This document shows, piece after piece, positions 57,960-64,000 of a stretch of 64,000 bases of DNA (positions are counted from its first letter, which is position 1; each line of letters starts with the position of its first letter). The translations under genes and the position numbers were made by a program. This DNA comes from an uncultured Alphaproteobacteria bacterium. Lineage in GTDB: Bacteria > Pseudomonadota > Alphaproteobacteria > Methylaequorales > Methylaequoraceae. The stretch is taken from the NCBI GenBank assembly GCA_902530985.1, contig CACACI010000003.1, forward strand, positions 3,516-67,515. Reading direction: 5' to 3'. The notes under the pieces are model-generated. The model made no database searches and was not told where the DNA came from. It saw nothing but the letters and a program-made list of their open reading frames with translations.

Positions 57960-59541
57960 TTTTTTTTTAATTTTAATAATCTTCTTTTCAAAATTTTCCT
58001 ATGGTTTAAGTGATAACATTAGGTTAAACGAATATAGCAGTTATCTTTCATGGGAATATGCCAAAAATTCTAATGATTTAATTAGTCTAAAAAAGTTTTT
58101 TAAAAACATTGATTTAGATAAAATGGATAACCTTCTTTTAGAAGAAATTTTTTTTGAGTCAGTTATCCTTGATGATTGGAACAAAGCAGAAAAAATAAGT
58201 TCAATTTTACTTGAAAGAGACAATCAAAACTTTTCAGCAAACCTATATAAATTTTTTAATAGTTTCATAGATGATAAAAACGCTAATCTGTATCTTAAAG
58301 AATTTAAGCCAAACTTTCTTGATTCAAACTTCTTGGATGCAATAATTATCTGGGAGAATTTAAATGAAATTAGTCACAAGCCGAATAATTGTGTGCCGAT
58401 TATTTGCTTACATTCAGGATTATTTTTGGTTCAGAGAGGAGAAAGTAAAAGAGCACAAACTTTTTTTGAAAGGATTGAAAAGGAGGATTTTGCATCATAT
58501 AGAATAAAAGAATTATTATTATTAAATTCAATAAACTCTAATAAAAATCTTGCAGAAAAATACTTGAAACAAATCAACAATCACGATCTTAACTTAAAGA
58601 AATTTGATTTAAGTTATTTGGCAAAACATAAATATCTACTTAATCCGATTGAAAATAAAACGCAAGGAATGGCTGAGGTTTTATATAATATTTCAAGTTG
58701 GTTTTTCACCAAAGAGCTTTACAAGTATTCTGCTTTTTTTGGAAAAATATCTTTAAAGTTAAGGCCTGACTTTAATGCAATGAAGCTACTTCTAACTGGA
58801 ACATTTGAGAAATTGGGATATCAGAATTTAGGTATTAATTACATTGATAATCAAGATGATGAAAACCTGTATTATTATAAATTTTTGAGAATTAAATTAT
58901 CGCTTTTAGAAAAACAAAACATGAACAATGAATTTATTTCTAATTTAACAAACTTTATTAGAGAGTATCCTGATAAAATAGAAATGAAAATTTTATTTGC
59001 TGATAAATATAGAAAATTAGAGAAATATAAACAAGCTGTGAAAATTTATTCAGAAATAATTGAAGAAAAAGATTTGCCTTCAAGATCAAATATACTTTAC
59101 TCCAGAGGTATTTCTTATGAAAGACTAAATAAATGGGATAAAGCTGAGAGAGATTTAAAAGAAGCATTGAGACTTAACCCAGAAGATGCTTATGTATTAA
59201 ATTATTTAGCTTACAGTTGGTTAGATAGAAACAAAAATATTGATGAAGCACTGAAATTGCTTAAAAAAGCTATAGAGATCGAACCAAGAGATGCCTATAT
59301 AATTGATTCACTTGGGTGGGCTTATTATCTTAGTAATAAAACAGAAGAATCGATTTACTTTTTAGAAAAAGCAGTGTCTATTCTCCCCGATGATGCAACT
59401 TTAAATGATCATCTTGGAGATGCATATTGGAAAGCTGGAAGAAAAAGTGAAGCTCTTTCACAATGGAAAAGAGTATTGATATTGGATCCAAATTTTCAAA
59501 AGAAATCATGGATTAATAAAAAAATAAATGAAGGTCTTTAA
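57934..59541 (+). CDS. TPR repeat protein with signal peptide
   Basis: The C-terminal half has clear TPR units (YSRGISYERLNKWDKAERDLKEALRLNPEDAYVLNYLAYSW; AIEIEPRDAYIIDSLGWAYY; GDAYWKAGRKSEALSQWKRVL). The only start that includes the hydrophobic N-terminus is GTG at 57934, overlapping ETF-QO by 26 nt. Confidence 0.8.
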   Translation: MVQIIQTCNFFLILIIFFSKFSYGLSDNIRLNEYSSYLSWEYAKNSNDLISLKKFFKNIDLDKMDNLLLEEIFFESVILDDWNKAEKISSILLERDNQNFSANLYKFFNSFIDDKNANLYLKEFKPNFLDSNFLDAIIIWENLNEISHKPNNCVPIICLHSGLFLVQRGESKRAQTFFERIEKEDFASYRIKELLLLNSINSNKNLAEKYLKQINNHDLNLKKFDLSYLAKHKYLLNPIENKTQGMAEVLYNISSWFFTKELYKYSAFFGKISLKLRPDFNAMKLLLTGTFEKLGYQNLGINYIDNQDDENLYYYKFLRIKLSLLEKQNMNNEFISNLTNFIREYPDKIEMKILFADKYRKLEKYKQAVKIYSEIIEEKDLPSRSNILYSRGISYERLNKWDKAERDLKEALRLNPEDAYVLNYLAYSWLDRNKNIDEALKLLKKAIEIEPRDAYIIDSLGWAYYLSNKTEESIYFLEKAVSILPDDATLNDHLGDAYWKAGRKSEALSQWKRVLILDPNFQKKSWINKKINEGL

Positions 59542-59546
59542 TCCCA

Positions 59547-60413
59547 ATGAGTTTGTCAGTCACTAAATTTTCTCCAGCTAAAATAAACTTGTACCTTGAA
59601 GTGAAAAAAAAAAGACATGATGGTTACCATGATATTGAAAGTTTGATGACATTTTGTAATTATGGTGATTTAGTCTCAGTTAAGAGGTCTGAAAAATTTA
59701 ATTTTAGAGTCGAAGGTCCTTGTTCTAATTTACTTAAAAATAAGGAGAATTTAATTGAAAAAGCTAAAGAAAAATTGGAAAACTTCTACGAAAGAAAATT
59801 AGAGGTAGATGTTATTTTAAAAAAGAATTTACCTGTATCTTCAGGGATGGCAGGTGGTTCTTCTAATGCTGCTACTTTCATAAGATGTATCAAAGAAATA
59901 TTTGGTTTAAAAGAATTGGAAGGTTTTAATCATTTGTTACTATCTTTGGGAGCAGATGTTCCTTTCTGTTACTATGGGAGAACTGCGTTAGTTACTGGAA
60001 TTGGTGAAAAAATTAAATTTGTTGATAATATCAAAGAGTACTATGTACTCCTAATTAATCCTAGAATTGAAGTTTCAACAAAAGAGATCTTTGATAATTT
60101 AATAATTAGTAGACAAGAAGAAAAGAAATGCAAAAACTCTTTAAATCAGAGCAAAATAAGTTTTTTTATAAAAAAAAAAAATGATCTAGAAAGTCAAGCT
60201 ATCAAAAAAAATAGCCTCATTAAAGAAATTCTTGAGATAATGTCATCATATAAAGGCTCATTATTAAGTAGGATGACTGGTTCTGGGGCAACATGTTATG
60301 CACTATTTGATAGTTTAGATGATCTTGAGATTGCTAAAACTAAAGCTAAAAAAAAATTTTGCAATTATTGGATTAAAGGATCAAGATTAACCAATTCTTT
60401 ACAGGATATATAA
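59547..60413 (+). CDS. ispE: 4-diphosphocytidyl-2-C-methyl-D-erythritol kinase
   Basis: It has the N-terminal motif SPAKINLYLEV. The GHMP kinase motif is KKNLPVSSGMAGGSSNAA, and MTGSGATCY is also present. Confidence 0.9.
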   Translation: MSLSVTKFSPAKINLYLEVKKKRHDGYHDIESLMTFCNYGDLVSVKRSEKFNFRVEGPCSNLLKNKENLIEKAKEKLENFYERKLEVDVILKKNLPVSSGMAGGSSNAATFIRCIKEIFGLKELEGFNHLLLSLGADVPFCYYGRTALVTGIGEKIKFVDNIKEYYVLLINPRIEVSTKEIFDNLIISRQEEKKCKNSLNQSKISFFIKKKNDLESQAIKKNSLIKEILEIMSSYKGSLLSRMTGSGATCYALFDSLDDLEIAKTKAKKKFCNYWIKGSRLTNSLQDI

Positions 60414-60414
60414 C

Positions 60415-60443
60415 TTGTATAAAGCTTAAAAAATGATTATCTT
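60415..60443 (+). promoter_or_regulatory. Possible sigma70-like promoter for tRNA-Gln
   Basis: TTGTAT (60415-60420), a 17-nt spacer and TATCTT (60438-60443) are present. The tRNA 5' end lies 11 nt downstream. Such matches are common by chance in DNA this AT-rich. Confidence 0.25.
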
Positions 60444-60453
60444 AAAAAACTGT

Positions 60454-60528
60454 TGGGGTGTGGCCAAGTGGTAAGGCACCGCTTTTTGGTAGCGGCATTC
60501 GTAGGTTCGAATCCTACCACCCCAGCCA
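60454..60528 (+). tRNA. tRNA-Gln (anticodon UUG), CCA encoded
   Basis: I folded the cloverleaf by hand. The acceptor stem is TGGGGTG/CACCCCA. The D arm is GCC-AAGTGGTAA-GGC. The anticodon stem is CCGCT/AGCGG with loop TTTTGGT, giving anticodon TTG. The T arm is GTAGG-TTCGAAT-CCTAC. The discriminator is G, followed by CCA. It is close in sequence to E. coli tRNA-Gln. Confidence 0.92.
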
Positions 60529-60537
60529 GTTATTACT

Positions 60538-62325
60538 ATGAATAAGGAAGTATTCTTATCCCTCAAAGATGCAAGTTTATCACTAGGTAAAAAAAAAATA
60601 CTTAAAGCTATTTCATTGTCAATTCACCTGAATGATAAGATCGCTTTAGTAGGAAAAAATGGTGTTGGCAAGACAACTTTATTAAACATTTTGTGTGAGA
60701 AAAAAAAAATTGATGATGGTGAATTTTGGGTTAATCCAAATTTGAATGTCGCTAATTTGGAACAAAGAATTAATAAATCAAGTGATTTTAGCGTAATAGA
60801 CTATTTGATATCTTTAACTAAAAGAAGTCAGAGTTTTGAAGAATTTAATATCAAGAGAATTACCAAGGAAATAAAATTAGACAAGAAAAAAAAAGTAAAT
60901 TTTCTATCAGGTGGTGAAAAGAAGAAATTAGCGTTAGCTGAATTATTGCTATCTGACCCAGATCTTCTTTTACTTGATGAACCAACAAACCATCTTGATA
61001 TTGAATCGATTAGTTGGCTTGAATCATATTTAAATAATGAGTTTAAAGGTTCTTATCTTGTTGTAAGTCATAATAGAAACTTTTTGAAAAATGTTACTAA
61101 TAAAGTATTTTGGATGGATAGAGGGTCAATAAAAACATCTTCCAAAGGATTTTTTGACTTTGAAAACTGGAAAAATCTTTTAATTGAACAAGAAAGAAGA
61201 GAGTTAAAGAATATAAAACAACATTTAGATAATGAGTTGGAATGGTTAAATAAAGGTATAAAGGCGAGAAGGAAAAGGAATATCAAACGTAAAGAAAATG
61301 TAAATCTTTTAAAAAAGTCGTACAAAGAAGAAAATAGTGAGTTCTTGAAATCTATATCAAGAGTGATAATTCCTAAAGAATCAACTAAAATCGTTGAAGG
61401 ACCAAAAATTCTGATAAATTTTATAAATGTAAGTAAGTTTTTTATAGAGAAAGAAAAGAAAATCAATATTCTTAATGACTTTAACTACAAATTAATAAGA
61501 GGTGATAAGGTAGGAATAATTGGACCTAATGGAAGTGGAAAATCAACATTTCTAAATCTTGCATCGAGTAAGTTAGAACCTAAAAAAGGGAACATAAAAA
61601 TAAAAAAAAATGTAGAATTTAGTTTCTTCGATCAATCGGGTGAACAATTTGACGATAAAAAATCAATAAAACAAAATCTTATTCCAAGTGGGGGAGATTA
61701 TATGCATGTCGCTGACAAAAAAATTCATATATGTGGTTATCTCAAGAACTTTTTATTTGATCCTAAGGACATAGATAGGTTTGTATCTAGTTTGTCAGGA
61801 GGAGAAAGGAATAGATTGCTATTAGCAAAAATACTTGCTTCACCAAGAGAAATATTAATTCTGGATGAACCGACAAACGATTTGGATATAGAAACCATTG
61901 ATCTTTTAATAGATTTCATAAATTTACATAAAGGATCTGCTCTGATTAGTTCACATGATATAGACTTTTTGAAAAAAACTTGCCAAAAATTTTTTTACTT
62001 TGATGGTTCAGGAAGGATCAAACCTTCTAATAAACCTCAATTAAGTTCAACGCAAAAGGAGGAGAGTGCTTTTCTAAAAATAAATGAAAAAAAAGGAAAG
62101 CCCATTAGTAATGACAAACTTATTAACAAAGTTTTAAAAAAAATTGAAACTAAAGAAATTCAAATTACTAATCTTACAAATAAATTACAGAAAATTCAGG
62201 ATTTAAATCCAAATAGCCTAGATTATAAAAATTTAATGGATGATTTAAAAAAAACTCAAAATGAATTAGACTTACTTGAAGAAGAATGGATTGAGATAGA
62301 GGAGAATTCCATAAATAATGGGTAA
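60538..62325 (+). CDS. ABC-F family ATPase (Uup-like, tandem ABC domains with C-terminal coiled coil)
   Basis: The first domain has GKNGVGKTTLLN, LSGGEKKKLALA and LLLDEPTNHLD. The second has GPNGSGKSTFLN, LSGGERNRLLLA and LILDEPTNDLD. There are no TM segments. Confidence 0.9.
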   Translation: MNKEVFLSLKDASLSLGKKKILKAISLSIHLNDKIALVGKNGVGKTTLLNILCEKKKIDDGEFWVNPNLNVANLEQRINKSSDFSVIDYLISLTKRSQSFEEFNIKRITKEIKLDKKKKVNFLSGGEKKKLALAELLLSDPDLLLLDEPTNHLDIESISWLESYLNNEFKGSYLVVSHNRNFLKNVTNKVFWMDRGSIKTSSKGFFDFENWKNLLIEQERRELKNIKQHLDNELEWLNKGIKARRKRNIKRKENVNLLKKSYKEENSEFLKSISRVIIPKESTKIVEGPKILINFINVSKFFIEKEKKINILNDFNYKLIRGDKVGIIGPNGSGKSTFLNLASSKLEPKKGNIKIKKNVEFSFFDQSGEQFDDKKSIKQNLIPSGGDYMHVADKKIHICGYLKNFLFDPKDIDRFVSSLSGGERNRLLLAKILASPREILILDEPTNDLDIETIDLLIDFINLHKGSALISSHDIDFLKKTCQKFFYFDGSGRIKPSNKPQLSSTQKEESAFLKINEKKGKPISNDKLINKVLKKIETKEIQITNLTNKLQKIQDLNPNSLDYKNLMDDLKKTQNELDLLEEEWIEIEENSINNG

Positions 62326-63724
62326 AACAAATCTCAAAAAAATATTTCTGTTAGTCTTAGGACTATTATTTTCAATTTTTCCAGATATTTTTGATCTTAA
62401 TCAAGGTCTAAGCTTTGATACTAAATTATCATTAAGAATGGTATTATTAATGATTTTTTTATGGTTAACTGAAGTGATACCACTCTCTATGACCGCATTG
62501 TTGCCTATACTTTTCTCTCCTTTTTTTCTTGAAATTAGATTAAATGAGATAGTAAGTCATTATGCAAGCCCAGTTGTTTTTTTGCTTTTGGGAGGTTTTA
62601 TAATTGCTCAAGGTTTTGAAAAAAGTAGATTGCATGAAAGGATAGCTCTAAAGACGTTATTAGTTTGTGGCGACACAAGGAACAAAGTAATGATGAGTGT
62701 TATTTTTTCTACGGCATTTTTTAGTATGTGGTTATCGAATACGGCAACATGTCTTTTAATGCTACCAATCGTAAAAAATATTCTAGATCATAATTTTAAT
62801 TCAGATAATGACATTAACTTTTCTAAAGTACTTCTTCTTTCAATTGCTTATGCTGCTTCAATTGGGGGTATGGCAACACCAATTGGAACAATACCTAATG
62901 CTGTAATGCTTGGTTTTTTATCAGAGAATCATTCCATTGAAATTGACTTTATAGACTGGTTTTTATATTCTTTACCTCTTGTCTTAATTTTGTTGATATT
63001 AGTTTTTATGTTTTTAAGTTTAAAATTTAAAAATAATAAAGAAAAGATAGATAATAAATTTATTTCTGAAAAATATAAAGAATTAGGCTGTTGGTCTGAA
63101 AAAGAAAAAATAACTACTTTTATATTATTCTTAACTGTTTGTTTGTGGATCTTTAAAGGTTCTTTAAACGACTTCTTTAAACTTAATTTATCCGATTCTG
63201 TTATAGCTATCTTTGGTTCTATTTTATTTTTTATAATTCCTATAAAAAATGAAAAAACTATCCTAAATATTGATTGGTATAAAAACATACCCTGGAACGT
63301 TTTAATTCTTTTTGGCGGAGGTTTATCAATGGCCTCATTAATTATGTCAACTGGACTTGCAAATGAATTGGCAAAAATTTTTAATATTATTAATATATTT
63401 AATTTGCTGACGATAATTTTTATGATTGCTTTAATTACGTCATTTCTTACCGAATTCACAAGTAATACAGCAACTACATTCCTTTTACTTCCAATTTTGA
63501 GTATTTTTGCTGTGGAAAATAATTTCGATATACTACAATTAACTTTACCTTTTGTACTAGCAGCAAGTTGCGCATTTATGATGCCTATTGCCACCCCTCC
63601 AAACGCTATTATTTATTCAAGTAACAAATTTAATATTCCTTTCATGGTATCAAATGGTTTTTTTATAAATATAATTTCTGTAATATTAATTTCATTATAT
63701 GTTTTCCTTCTTAGAAACTTATAG
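62318..63724 (+). CDS. DASS/SLC13 family anion:Na+ symporter
   Basis: It is a polytopic membrane protein. Two hairpin-tip SNT motifs are present (WLSNTATCLLMLPI and FTSNTATTFLLLPI), along with PIATPPNAI. Confidence 0.85.
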   Translation: MGKTNLKKIFLLVLGLLFSIFPDIFDLNQGLSFDTKLSLRMVLLMIFLWLTEVIPLSMTALLPILFSPFFLEIRLNEIVSHYASPVVFLLLGGFIIAQGFEKSRLHERIALKTLLVCGDTRNKVMMSVIFSTAFFSMWLSNTATCLLMLPIVKNILDHNFNSDNDINFSKVLLLSIAYAASIGGMATPIGTIPNAVMLGFLSENHSIEIDFIDWFLYSLPLVLILLILVFMFLSLKFKNNKEKIDNKFISEKYKELGCWSEKEKITTFILFLTVCLWIFKGSLNDFFKLNLSDSVIAIFGSILFFIIPIKNEKTILNIDWYKNIPWNVLILFGGGLSMASLIMSTGLANELAKIFNIINIFNLLTIIFMIALITSFLTEFTSNTATTFLLLPILSIFAVENNFDILQLTLPFVLAASCAFMMPIATPPNAIIYSSNKFNIPFMVSNGFFINIISVILISLYVFLLRNL

Positions 63725-63733
63725 AATTTCATA

Positions 63734-64000
63734 ATGAAAAAAGTAGCAATTTTGGTGGATCTTGAATTAACTAGCATTGCAGGTGGTCATGTTAAATTCT
63801 GGGAAAGAATATGTTATTCAATAAAAGATTCATACAAAGATTTCCATTTAACAGTTTTTTTTCTTGGAGGAAAATTTACAAAGAAACAGGTTGGTGAAAA
63901 TATTGTTTTTTATACATTAAAACCCATTCTTTCTTCTAAAATATTAAGACCATTAGGAATAGATGCGGACTATACTGATTTATTTCCTATGAATCTTAAG
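63734..64000 (+). CDS. Probable glycosyltransferase (GT4-like N-terminus), truncated by window end
   Basis: The start MKKVAILVDLELTSIAGGHVKFWERI resembles the GT-B N-terminal beta-strand/Gly-rich loop. Only 89 codons are visible, so the call is weak. Confidence 0.4.
   Translation, partial: MKKVAILVDLELTSIAGGHVKFWERICYSIKDSYKDFHLTVFFLGGKFTKKQVGENIVFYTLKPILSSKILRPLGIDADYTDLFPMNLK

Noticed and set aside
62929-63594. A 221-aa minus-strand ORF inside the DASS transporter gene, the longest antisense ORF in the window
   Set aside because: The plus-strand product has paired SNT hairpin motifs and a full transporter topology. The antisense translation is K/I/N/F-rich with no features. I treat it as a shadow ORF.
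63734-64000. A glycosyltransferase-like ORF at the window edge as a possible start of a surface-glycan variable island
   Set aside because: Only 89 codons are visible and the family assignment is weak. Nothing in the window itself shows island features, such as a composition shift or a boundary at an integrated tRNA.

Overview
The window is very AT-rich and almost entirely coding. My tally of gaps between called genes gives about 1-2% noncoding DNA. I call about 69 protein genes and one tRNA-Gln, and many genes overlap their neighbours by 1-50 nt. Gene content and synteny are alphaproteobacterial core: mtaB-ftsY; ribF-ileS-lspA; an M16 peptidase pair; pgi-mutL; msbA-DUF374-waaA-lpxK; coxB-coxA-ctaB-(small ORF)-ctaG-coxC-surf1-thrC; smc-atpI-B-E-b'-b; mutY; ETF-QO; ispE. 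The composition plus extreme compaction fits a streamlined free-living marine alphaproteobacterium of the SAR11/Pelagibacterales type. That assignment is inference, not a search result. I found no CRISPR array, transposase, integrase, prophage, toxin-antitoxin or recognisable defence genes, and no intergenic space large enough for a riboswitch-sized RNA. The longest gap is 161 bp, upstream of coxB. This reads as ordinary core genome, not an accessory island, and I cannot support a claim of a new multi-gene system. The most second-look-worthy items are: (1) two translationally coupled Q/N/P/Y-rich lipoproteins, one with an in-frame 18-nt tandem repeat, between lspA and the M16 pair; (2) a family-4-like uracil-DNA glycosylase that appears to have lost two of four Fe-S cysteine ligands; (3) A13-A16 homopolymer tracts inside pgi, mutY, ispE and an M16 peptidase gene; (4) convergent genes that overlap or abut with no room for terminators, and divergent genes whose start codons are 1-6 nt apart; (5) a tRNA-Gln whose 3' end is 9 nt from the next start codon; (6) an unlisted 31-codon CoxF-like ORF in the cox cluster; (7) a PepSY/response regulator/PhoQ-like kinase module translationally coupled to mutY. 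Long antisense ORFs in the supplied track are treated as shadow ORFs.
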